Shown here: piece after piece, positions 19,579 through 28,147 of the stretch
Numbering within the stretch: the first letter of the stretch is position 1
Layout: each line of letters opens with the position of its first letter
Source of the DNA: Dehalococcoidia bacterium
GTDB lineage: Bacteria > Chloroflexota > Dehalococcoidia > Lucifugimonadales > UBA3495
Assembly (NCBI GenBank): GCA_030740155.1
Contig: JASLXV010000060.1
Coordinates: forward strand, 1 to 29,594
Reading direction: 5' to 3'
DNA length: 29,594 nt
Made by a program: the position numbers and the translations under genes
Notes under the pieces: generated by a model
The model's database searches: none
The model's input: the letters and a program-made list of their open reading frames with translations, nothing else
Told to the model about the DNA's origin: nothing

Positions 19579-20700
19579 CTAGAAGGTAGAGGGCTCCGGG
19601 ACGCCGTCGTTAAAGGGTCGCGGCGCGTCCGCGGGTTCCCAGTTCAATTCCTCCACCCGTCGCTTCATCTGCTCCAGTCTTGAGAAGTCGCTGATTCCCG
19701 ATACCAGGGTTACGGCTGAAAGATACTTGCTTCCGCTTTCGGGATAATCTCCGTATCTAACCTTGCCGACCGTGGTTATTTGCTCGAGGCGGGCCCGTCC
19801 TCTGGAGATTGGTTGAGTGTAAAGGTGTTCCGGCTTCCCATGTATCACCAGCGCCGCGGACCGGCCGCCGCTGACGTCGCACGGGAAGGTCAGCGCGCTT
19901 TTCGCGATGCTCCTCTCGATTATGCTCTCCAGTTCGTGGGTGCCGGGGTCGATCCCCTTGCGCCAGAAGCGGGCCTTGGACTTCACCACTTCGCTGCAAT
20001 ATCCGATCGTAGACACGTCGCCGATCAGGCCCAGCGTTGCCTTGATCTCCGACGAGCTGAAGACCTCCTGGGGTGAGGGCCTAACTTCCCCGGCATTCAG
20101 CAGCGTGGTTAGAGTCAGCGCCAATTTCTGATTCACCCGGGTGTACATGCGTTCCACGGATTCCCGGCTGACCAGGTTGTCCTCATACTGCTGATTGTCC
20201 ACCAGCAGGATGTTGTTGAAGTAGTGGCTCCAAAGCTCGAAGCTCTTGAGCGCATTCGAAAGACTTAAGGCCTCTTTGTCCGACGGCATGTCGCTTACCG
20301 AGGGGACGACCCCCAGCGCATACACTGGGGTGCCCCGGTAAACCCGGTTGAGTTCATTGGCCAGAACGTAGGAACCACCGGCCCCGGTCCCGCCGGCCAG
20401 CCCGGCGGCGATCCAGAAAGCCTCCGGATCAAACCGGTGAACGAGGATGTCAATCCTATCCATCACCTGGGACAGGGCTTTCTCGGCGATGCTTGCACCT
20501 AGCTCGATGTTTGCGCCGACGCCTCTGCCCTTGAGGGCATACCTGCCGATGAGGACCTTGTCGTGGATATTGTTAAGCCCCACCAGGTCCGCTTGTTCCG
20601 TGTTAATGGCTATCGCCTCATAGAGTTTCCGGTTCGTCCCCCGCAGGGTATTGGCTATCTTTCCACCGGCTTGTCCGTATCCAATCCATAGTACTCGCAT
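19579..20700 (-). CDS. Tubulin/FtsZ superfamily GTPase, CetZ-like
   Basis: IGYGQAGGKI (T1), AINT, KGRGVGAN (T3), AGLAGGTGAGG (T4), DN, SSSEIKATL (T7), STIGY, LTFPC, VRYGDYP; GGAGG RBS before ATG 20700; 373 aa. Confidence 0.9.
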   Translation of the reverse strand: MRVLWIGYGQAGGKIANTLRGTNRKLYEAIAINTEQADLVGLNNIHDKVLIGRYALKGRGVGANIELGASIAEKALSQVMDRIDILVHRFDPEAFWIAAGLAGGTGAGGSYVLANELNRVYRGTPVYALGVVPSVSDMPSDKEALSLSNALKSFELWSHYFNNILLVDNQQYEDNLVSRESVERMYTRVNQKLALTLTTLLNAGEVRPSPQEVFSSSEIKATLGLIGDVSTIGYCSEVVKSKARFWRKGIDPGTHELESIIERSIAKSALTFPCDVSGGRSAALVIHGKPEHLYTQPISRGRARLEQITTVGKVRYGDYPESGSKYLSAVTLVSGISDFSRLEQMKRRVEELNWEPADAPRPFNDGVPEPSTF

Positions 20701-20973
20701 CTCTTGAAGCCTCCCCTTATTGATCGGCCCATCGAGGCTGGGCCGGGCCGGAGCTACTGATCCGATAACCTCATACTGGGCCACCCGTGGCGGCAACGTA
20801 TCTGAGGCCAGGGGTCTCCTCCGCCTCTCCCGGTACTTCCCGCAAAGGACTCGGGGTTACCGGGTGGTGTCAATTATTTTCGGGCCGGCCAGTGGGTCTC
20901 GTGGTGCGTGGGTCACACCCTGGGCGGCTTGGCGCTCCGGCTTGCCGAGTTGGTCCCCGGTTTCAGCGCCCCG

Positions 20974-21165
20974 CTAAACCGGGTCGCTCTGAAGTTCCCG
21001 ATCCAGGTCGTCGACGGAATTCCGGAACTGCCGGGTCTCCTGGCAGTTCCGGCAGACTCCCCGGCTCACCGGGCCATTGGCCGGTTCAATGATCCAATGG
21101 TGGCGGCAAAGGGTTAAGGCTGCTTCCTTCTCTGCCACCGCGATGGGCTGCTGCTGGGCCAACAT
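20974..21165 (-). CDS. Small putative Zn-ribbon protein (CxHHW...CxxC)
   Basis: 63 aa, CRHHWIIEPANGPVSRGVCRNC...FRNS; strong AGGAGG RBS. Confidence 0.75.
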   Translation of the reverse strand: MLAQQQPIAVAEKEAALTLCRHHWIIEPANGPVSRGVCRNCQETRQFRNSVDDLDRELQSDPV

Positions 21166-21365
21166 TTCGAGTCCTCCTGGGCTCCTTGAAGTTGTGACTT
21201 GAGATTTTCGGACTGGGAATGCGGGTTCGATTGGTGGTCCGGAGGGCGGACAAGGTGGTGAAAGCTGACCGGGGGTCTTGGCGCCCCTGGGCCGGCAAAA
21301 TGAGGTGGGTAACGGGGATCTCCTCCGCCCACAATCTCTCGCACTATTCCCTTCCCTTTAGGCAG

Positions 21366-21395
21366 AACTTAGCGGCCTGGCTGCTGTTATGTCAA
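21366..21395 (-). promoter_or_regulatory. Putative sigma70 promoter upstream of the Zn-ribbon gene
   Basis: TTGACA-N18-TAAGTT with AT-rich sequence upstream. Confidence 0.45.
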
Positions 21396-21594
21396 CGATA
21401 TTAAAGACCAATTTTGGGCAAGTTCTAATCAAATGACCAAAATTGATCATTGTTCAGCCACGGAGCCCTGGTTGGTGGCCGGAGATATGAAGATGCAGGG
21501 GCCGGAGATAGCGATCGGTGCTTTGCTTTTGGTGGGGAGCAGCGGCCGGTTGCCGGGGGTCCGACCTTTAGGAATGCAGATTAGGACTCAGTTC

Positions 21595-21621
21595 AGTACT
21601 CAGTCGACCTGATTGAGTACT
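21595..21621. other. Hairpin at the bioB stop codon
   Basis: AGTACTCAGTC-N5-GATTGAGTACT, an 11-bp stem with one mismatch and no U-tract. Confidence 0.45.
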
Positions 21622-22633
21622 AGAGACTCGGGGTTTCTCCGCCCGCCGGACCGGCCTCACCCGCGGGTCCTTCGACCTCAAAGCCCATGTCCCGGATCAT
21701 CTGCCAGGCTTCTTTCGGGGATTGTCCCGGCGTGGTGAGGTACCCATCAACGAAGATGGAATCGGCGGGATAGAGCGCCAGCGGCTGCAAGCTTCGCAAA
21801 TGGTACTCCCGCCCTCCGGCCAGCCGGATTTCCTGGGCGGGACACAGGAACCGCAACAGATACAAGATGCGAAGGCACTGATGGGGTGTCAGATAGCTGA
21901 AGTGCTCGAAGGGCGTTCCCGGAATCGGGTGCAGGAAGTTGACCGGCAGCGACTCCGGCTCCAACGCCCGCAAGGCCAACGCGACTTCGATGATGTCGTC
22001 CGCGGTTTCACCCTGGCCGAATATGATGCCGGTGCAAAGATGAAGACCGGCGCGCCGGGCCGCATTGAGGGTGTCCAAACGGTCCTCGTAGGTGTGGGTC
22101 GTACACACCTGCGGATAGTACCGCCGGCTGGTGTTCAGATTGTGGTTGAGTTGCTCCACTCCCGCACTCTTCAATTGGCGGGCCTGCGACTCGGTGAGCA
22201 GGCCCACCGAGCAGCAGATTTCGATGTCGACCTGGCTCTTGATGGCTTGGCCCACCCGGACCAGATAGTCCATTTCCCGGTCCGTGGGTCCCTTGCCGCT
22301 GGCGACGATACAGTAGCGCCGGGACCGGGATTCCTTGGCTCGCCTGGCCCCCTCCAGCAGGGCCTCCTCGCTGAGCCAGGGGTATTTTTCGATTCCCGCC
22401 GTCGACAGCCGAGACTGGGAGCAATAGTGGCAGTCCTCGGAGCAGAGTCCGCTCTTGGCATTCACCAGCATGTGCAGGCGGACGCCGGCGCCCCGGAAGT
22501 GCCGCCGGACCCGGAACGCGGCGTCCAAAAGCTGGAGGATGTCGGCGTTGGGGCTTTCCAGGACGGCGTAGCACTGGTCTCGCGACAGCTCTCCCCCCGA
22601 CAAAGCTGTTTCAGCCAATACCTGGTAATTCAT
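21620..22633 (-). CDS. bioB: Biotin synthase (radical SAM)
   Basis: NAKSGLCSEDCHYCSQS (CxxxCxxC), YCIVASG, CCSVG, NHNLNTS, LCTG, PVNFL, IRLAGGRE, YLTTPG. Confidence 0.95.
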   Translation of the reverse strand: MNYQVLAETALSGGELSRDQCYAVLESPNADILQLLDAAFRVRRHFRGAGVRLHMLVNAKSGLCSEDCHYCSQSRLSTAGIEKYPWLSEEALLEGARRAKESRSRRYCIVASGKGPTDREMDYLVRVGQAIKSQVDIEICCSVGLLTESQARQLKSAGVEQLNHNLNTSRRYYPQVCTTHTYEDRLDTLNAARRAGLHLCTGIIFGQGETADDIIEVALALRALEPESLPVNFLHPIPGTPFEHFSYLTPHQCLRILYLLRFLCPAQEIRLAGGREYHLRSLQPLALYPADSIFVDGYLTTPGQSPKEAWQMIRDMGFEVEGPAGEAGPAGGETPSL

Positions 22634-22677
22634 CTCAGGCCACGGGTTCCTTGATGGAATGGGGCGCTACTCATCTT

Positions 22678-23619
22678 TTATGAGGGCCTGTTCGAGGGCA
22701 GACCGTTGCTGAGAGCCCTGATGTGCTCCGGAGTGACGCCGCAACAACCTCCGATCACCTGGGCCCCCAGGTTAACCCAATCCTGGGCGTGGCCGAGGTA
22801 TTCGGCGGCGGTGCTGGGGCGGACGATCATGGGACCGGTGTACAGCTGCCCGGGGGAGAATTCCATGGAGTGAGCGTAGGCGCCGACGGGAAGAGAGGTG
22901 TGCTGCCGCAATACCTGGATTCCAGGCAACGTGTCCTCGACTCTTGAGTGCATGATGAAGAAGGCGGAGACACCCATGGACTCTACCGCTTTGACCGCCT
23001 CCCCGATTCCCTCATGGACGTGTTTCCCACGAATGCCCAGGTAGAGGCCGCCTTCATCCTGCTGAAGTGTATAGCCAACCCAGATCGGCAGGCCGGTCTC
23101 GGATGCCGCTTGGACCGCCGCCTTGGTGTCGAGGGACCGGACCATCATTTCCAGCACGAAAAGGTCCACACCCTCGTCGGCCAGTATCTGAGCCTGCTCC
23201 CGGTAGTCGGCGAGGGCTGCCTCGTACGAAGGCGTAACGGTAGGGTCGAGCTTGGGGACGAAGGCGGACATGGAGCCGGCGACAACCACTCTCTTGGCGG
23301 AAGCCACGGTGTCCCGTGCTTCCCGGGCCATCCTCACCGCCAGCCGGTTGATCTCGGAGGTCTGGCCGGCGAGGCCCCCCGTTTCGAGTAGGGACCGCGA
23401 GGTGGAGAAGGTGTTGGTGATTATGACCTCGGCTCCGGCTCGAATGAAGTCTTCATGGATCTCGCGGATTACTTCCGGGTGGGTGAGGGTGGCCCTCCCG
23501 GACCAGGTTGCCGGGCACAGGGGCACCCCTCGCCGCGGTAGCTCCGTGCCGGTGCCGCCGTCCATGATGACGATGTTCCCCGCGATCAACCTGGATTGTA
23601 GTGATTCCGCCGGTGTCAT
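22678..23619 (-). CDS. Homocysteine S-methyltransferase family protein
   Basis: MDGGTGTEL, HEDFIRAGAEVIITNTF, VAGS, IGGCCGVTPEHI; AGGAGAGG RBS before ATG 23619. Confidence 0.9.
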   Translation of the reverse strand: MTPAESLQSRLIAGNIVIMDGGTGTELPRRGVPLCPATWSGRATLTHPEVIREIHEDFIRAGAEVIITNTFSTSRSLLETGGLAGQTSEINRLAVRMAREARDTVASAKRVVVAGSMSAFVPKLDPTVTPSYEAALADYREQAQILADEGVDLFVLEMMVRSLDTKAAVQAASETGLPIWVGYTLQQDEGGLYLGIRGKHVHEGIGEAVKAVESMGVSAFFIMHSRVEDTLPGIQVLRQHTSLPVGAYAHSMEFSPGQLYTGPMIVRPSTAAEYLGHAQDWVNLGAQVIGGCCGVTPEHIRALSNGLPSNRPS

Positions 23620-23744
23620 TGCCTCTCCTTCCATACTCGCTTGCTACTTTGGACCCCCATCCGCCAGCTTCATTTTGAGGTGGGTTGAAGGCCCTGACCT
23701 GAGGGTGTGTGTGCCCACGCTTGGCCAGCCCGTGGGGCGCCGCC

Positions 23745-24731
23745 TTAAATCCGGAACAGCCGTCGAGCGTTGTCCCCGGATATTTGGGCGATCTCGCCGG
23801 CTGGGAAACCAGTCTCCTCCAGCATCTGCAGCGGGGCCTGATCGTCCACGGGGAAGGGGTAGTCCGTGCCCATCAGCAGTTGTTGGCTCCCGACCATGTC
23901 CCGCAGATAGCCCAGGGCCGCCGGATGATGCAGGATGGTGTCGTAATAGAAGCGGCTCAGATATGCCGAAGGCGGCTGGGCCGGCGCTGCTTGGGGCCCC
24001 AAGTTTCGATAAATCCGGTCGAAGCGGCCGGCCTGATAGGGGAAAAAGCCTCCGCCGTGGGGCAGTATCAGATTCAGCTTGGGAAAGCGGTCCAGCGCGC
24101 CGCTGAACACTAGCGAGCCTGCAGTCAGGGTGGAATCGTAGAGGAATTGGGCTATGATTACCATGCCATGCTTGATGGCCCTGGGGTCTGGGATGGGCTG
24201 AGTCGGATGGATGAACAGGGGCACGTCTAGCTCGACGGCGGCGGCCCAGAACCGGTCCAGGTCCGCCTCTCCCAGGTTGGCGCCCTTCACGCTGGCGGCG
24301 ATCACTCCCCCAACGGCCCCACACTGCTTGATTCCGTGCTCCAACTCCGCCGCCGCCAGGTCCGCATCCTGAAGGGGCACCGACGCCAGCATGGAAACGC
24401 GCCCGGAGTGTTTCTGGGCCACCTCGCCCAGCCTTTCGTTCATCAGACGGTGCCAGAGCGCCCCTTCCTCCGGCGGCATCTCGTAGCCGAACAGGTCCGT
24501 CCAACCCGAGAGGACCTGGCGGTCCACGCCCTGGCGGTCCATCGTCTCCCAGCGCTTCTCCAGGTCCAGCAGGGTGTCAAAGAAGGGCCTGAGTTTCAGT
24601 CCGTAGTCGAAGCAGAGACACTGCCGGCCCGCCTCGGTTGCCTCCAGGTGGACGCCATAGCGTGAGGGGCCGTCCTCGACGGCCTTGAGGGTCGCCGGTG
24701 GCACGTGGTGAGCGTGCATGTCTACGCGCAT
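23745..24731 (-). CDS. Amidohydrolase_2 family protein (ACMSD-like decarboxylase/hydratase)
   Basis: N-terminal DMHAH, LFIHP, PHGGG, YYDT, GTDYPF; GGGAGG RBS. Confidence 0.92.
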   Translation of the reverse strand: MRVDMHAHHVPPATLKAVEDGPSRYGVHLEATEAGRQCLCFDYGLKLRPFFDTLLDLEKRWETMDRQGVDRQVLSGWTDLFGYEMPPEEGALWHRLMNERLGEVAQKHSGRVSMLASVPLQDADLAAAELEHGIKQCGAVGGVIAASVKGANLGEADLDRFWAAAVELDVPLFIHPTQPIPDPRAIKHGMVIIAQFLYDSTLTAGSLVFSGALDRFPKLNLILPHGGGFFPYQAGRFDRIYRNLGPQAAPAQPPSAYLSRFYYDTILHHPAALGYLRDMVGSQQLLMGTDYPFPVDDQAPLQMLEETGFPAGEIAQISGDNARRLFRI

Positions 24732-24989
24732 CCCGCCTCCCGTGTAACTTGATCCGGCTGGGCAGGCCGCTTCCCATCGGCGGCCGCGCCGGTCCGGCCG
24801 CGCCGGCCCTGTCCCAGTTAAGACGAGGGAAGACCGAGAAAGCTGCCGTTCGACAGAAGTCTACGGCAGTTTGTTCCCGGTGGCAATTTTCAGGCCACTC
24901 TACCTGAAGCCGCTCCGGGGAGCACTGTCCTGCCGGCCCGGAGGTTGCGCCGGGACTGGCCCACCGGCCAATCGCGCCAAGTTGTTGTT

Positions 24990-25160
24990 CTAGCGCACTG
25001 TCTCGTAAATAACCTTATCTAGGCGAATTCGTGCGACATGCTCAATGCCTATTCGTCCCCGACAGCATCGGGGCCGGTACCCAGAGAAGCGCTTTCTGGA
25101 TCCCGGCCTTCGCCGGGATGACGGGCCGCCTATCACGCCATTTACGAGACACCAGACTAG
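24990..25160. mobile_element. MITE-like element carrying a REP hairpin
   Basis: CTAG-N5-TGTCTCGTAAAT (24999-25010) ... ATTTACGAGACA (25140-25151)-N5-CTAG; internal CTGGATCCCGGCCTTCGCCGGGATGAC (25096-25122). Confidence 0.65.
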
Positions 25161-25375
25161 CGATAAGGTAAGCTAGGAGGGGTGAGCCGGCGGGCCGCTT
25201 CTCTCCCTGTTTCAGAATTGCTCCGGCCAAGCGGGCACGGACGCTTGCGTTACCGGCCCTGGATTAGGCTGCTAGACTCGATGCTTGGTTGAAGGGCCAA
25301 ATCCTCCTCATCCGGTATCTCCGACTGGGGTATTCCAGGGGTGAGAATAGGGCTCGTGTCCCGTCCTCCGTGGCA

Positions 25376-25404
25376 TTGACGCCCGCTCACGCGCGGGATA
25401 CCAT
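25376..25404 (+). promoter_or_regulatory. Putative sigma70 promoter giving a near-leaderless MFS transcript
   Basis: TTGACG-N17-TACCAT; ATG lies 8 nt after the -10 and there is no SD. Confidence 0.55.
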
Positions 25405-25412
25405 CCCTAGCC

Positions 25413-26728
25413 ATGGGCATGCGCTCGATATTTTCGGCCTTGAAACGAAAAGTGGGCGGGCAGTACCACGGATGGCGGGTCGTGGCGGCGACCTTTGGCG
25501 TCAACGCGGTGCACGACGGCACCTACTCTCCGGGATTCGTGATATTCTTCTTGCCCATCACCCGCGATCTTGGCCTCAGTCGCGCCGCCGCCTCGCTGCC
25601 ATTTACGGTAAACAAGATCATTCCAACGGTACTCGGCCCGTTCATGGGCGCGCTGATCGACCGCCTTGGCCCCGGGAGGGTGCTGTTTGTGTCGGCGCGT
25701 TGATTGGTGGGCTTGGGTTTGTAATGCTCAGCTGGACGACCTCCTACGCCCTTCTAATGATAGCCTTGGTCGGGTTCATTAGCCTGGGCATGAGGGCCTT
25801 CCTATCGTGCTCCTCCGCCGCGGTGGCGCGATGGTTCGCGAGAAAGCGCGCCCGGGCCATGGCAGCATCCAGCCTGGGCTTCTCGATGGGGGCCACCGTC
25901 CTGCCGCCGCTCCTTGCCGTTGGGGTGAGCGCGCTGGACTGGAGGACCACTGCGCTGATCGTGGGCGTGGGTATCTGGGCCGTCGTGCTTCCGCTGGCCA
26001 CCCAAATAGGCGGCTCTCCGGAGCGCCTGGGGCTGCGGCCTGATGGCGATTCGCCCGAGCGGCCGTCACCACCCTCCCGCGGGACCACTCCTCAACCGGG
26101 ACCGGCGCAGCCCGACCTGACGGCAGGGGAGGCGGTCCGGACGAGAGTCTTCTGGCTTCTCTCGATCAATATAGGCTTACAGACCGTAGTCGCCTCAAGC
26201 ATGGGCCTGCACCTGGTGGCCATCATGACCTGGAAGGGAATCGAGGAGACGACTGCGGGAGCCCTCGTGGGAGTAATGGCGATCGCCGGCATTCCCTGGG
26301 TGTTGATCGCGGGATGGGTTGGAGACAAGTGGCCCAAGGGAAGGATAATAGCCTCGGCCAACGTCCTGCGGGGTCTGGCGTGGTTTGCGCTGGTCGTCAC
26401 GGACGATCTCAGGGCCGGGCAGATGGCGCTTATCCTGGTGCTCTTCGCGCTCTCCGAGCCGATATACACCGTATACTCCGCGATGGTGGCCGATCTGTTC
26501 GGCCGACGGTACTATGCCACCGTCAGCGGATTGCTCGAGACCGTGGCCGGCGTGATGGGTATGGGGGCTCCCCTGCTGGCAGGCTGGACCTTCGACGTTA
26601 CTCAGAGCTACGCGTGGTTCGCCGCGCCGGTGGGATCGCTGATGTTGCTGTCGGCGCTGATGTTCTGGTTCATGCCGGACCGGCTTGCGCCCAGGACTGG
26701 AGCACCGAGGGGCATCGGTCCCGGTTAA
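25413..26728 (+). pseudogene. MFS transporter (OFA/MCT-like) split by a 2-nt frameshift
   Basis: The N-terminal part (YHGWRVV...GALIDRLGPGRVLF) is in one frame and the rest (GALIGGLG...ARWFARKRARAM...GWVGDKW...DLFGRRYY) is in the +2 frame. Removing one GT from TTTGTGTC (25686-25693) restores a single ORF. Confidence 0.8.
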
Positions 26729-27023
26729 GGCTCGATCCCGCACCGAAAGGCCTCGCCCTGGCGCACCACCGGCACTGCTTCGGGGCGTGCCGCCGTGGCT
26801 TGGCTAGTCCGCGATGTTGGGTAGTTTGGCCAATGGCCCCAACCCAGGAGAAAGGGCTTCCGGCCAACGGGCAAGTGTCGTCGCGGTTCGCTCCCGTGGC
26901 ATCGCTCCTCAGGCCAAACGGGAACGGACGCTTGCAATTGAGACGCGGTTGCCCTGGGGCCAGCCCACGGCCCTTTCCATCGAATGCGCCGGCTCCCCAG
27001 AATGAGACATCGTGGTGAAGACT

Positions 27024-27143
27024 ATGAAGGCCCTGCTGCTTCGGAATGCCGCTCCCGTCGAGAGGTCCCCGCTGGAGCCGGCGGAGATTCCCGTCCCCGA
27101 GCCGGAGGACCGGGAAGTCCTCACCCGGCCCAAGCTGCGCTAG
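27024..27143 (+). pseudogene. N-terminal fragment of a zinc-binding alcohol dehydrogenase (MDR)
   Basis: MKALLLRNAAPVERSPLEPAEIPVPEPEDREVL resembles a GroES-like ADH N-terminus; it runs into the repeat and stops. Confidence 0.65.
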
Positions 27144-27186
27144 GGCATCCCTCTCTCTTAGGGAGAGGGACCGAGGGTGAGGGAAC
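27119..27186. repeat. 68-bp REP-like element, copy 2
   Basis: 60/68 identical to 9253-9320, same orientation. Confidence 0.85.
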
Positions 27187-27249
27187 ATCGAGAAGGTTGC
27201 TTTGCTCGGGGGATGCCACCATCCGCGTCGCGGTTCAACGGTTTTCACC

Positions 27250-27683
27250 TGGGCCGGCCGCGGCCGCATCGTGCTGAGCGCCGACCACGGTTTTCTAGAC
27301 GTGGCCGATGGGACGAAGCATCAGATCAGAGGGTCCGACCCTCTGATCTGATGCTGAGGTTCAATCCTTCGGGGGACGCGAGGGTGCTTTACCTTCACGT
27401 CTGCGACGGCGCCCACGAGCGGGTCCGCGCGCGTTTTCGGGAGAGGTTCGGCGACCGGTTCCTGCTTATCACGTTGGACGAGGCCGAGGCCCTGCACCTG
27501 TTTGGCCCCGGCCCCATCTTGCCTCACACCAGGCGGCGCATGGGCGACCTGATCGCCATCTCCGCCGGAAGCGACGTAATCGAGTATCGTCCAGGAAGCG
27601 GACCCGCTCGAATAACCGGCGACGTCTCCCACCACTCCGGGCTGACGCCTGCGGAGATGCGGGTACCGCTGGTTATCGCCTAA
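27250..27683 (+). pseudogene. C-terminal remnant of an alkaline phosphatase superfamily (type I phosphodiesterase/NPP-like) gene
   Basis: IVLSADHGFLDV in one frame ends at TGA 27349-27351. It continues in another frame as PSGDARVLYLHV...RMGDLIAI...HHSGLTPAEMRVPL. The 5' part of the gene is missing. Confidence 0.75.
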
Positions 27684-27922
27684 ACAGGCCAGCTGGGCTC
27701 CGCAACCTCAATCGCGATAAGTTGTTGCCCTGAACAGGGCCCTTCGTGGTGACGAAGGGTGCGTGATTGAACGCTTTCGGGTGACTCTAACCCGTGACCT
27801 CAAGGTCCGCAAGCGGGACAACCGCTGGGTATTGGCACATTGGTGGGCGGTTGCGAACGGTCATGCGGCTGGGCAACGGGTCGATGTCACGGCCGCTCCC
27901 CAGCGGCGATTCCCCTGGTCAA

Positions 27923-28090
27923 TTACAGCCACGGCAAGAAATTGAGTGGCCCAGCCAGCATACGCCAAAAGAATTCTAATTTGCCAAACGGCTCAACCGT
28001 GTCTGATGTATGGATATACATCAAGCCAAAGATGAGCCAAAACCCAAACCCACCACTGCTGCCTTTAGAGGCAGCGACGTTCTTACCCAT
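27923..28090 (-). CDS. Small hydrophobic hypothetical protein (55 aa; below the ORF-track cutoff)
   Basis: GGGAGG-N6-ATG; MGKNVAASKGSSGGFGFWLIFGLMYIHTSDTVEPFGKLEFFWRMLAGPLNFLPWL*. Confidence 0.55.
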   Translation of the reverse strand: MGKNVAASKGSSGGFGFWLIFGLMYIHTSDTVEPFGKLEFFWRMLAGPLNFLPWL

Positions 28091-28147
28091 GAAGCGCCTC
28101 CCTAAGCTAATCCATGCGGCATATTCTTGCGTTACGTTGACTGAGTG

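Noticed and set aside
19579..20700. Canonical ftsZ or plasmid/phage TubZ
   Set aside because: Lacks the FtsZ T7 and C-terminal peptide and any dcw context; no TubR, centromere repeats or replicon genes nearby.
27763..27945. ORF with RVT...RKRDNRWVLAH resembling an NTF2/SnoaL C-terminus
   Set aside because: Resemblance is too short and there is no RBS; at best an unprovable remnant.
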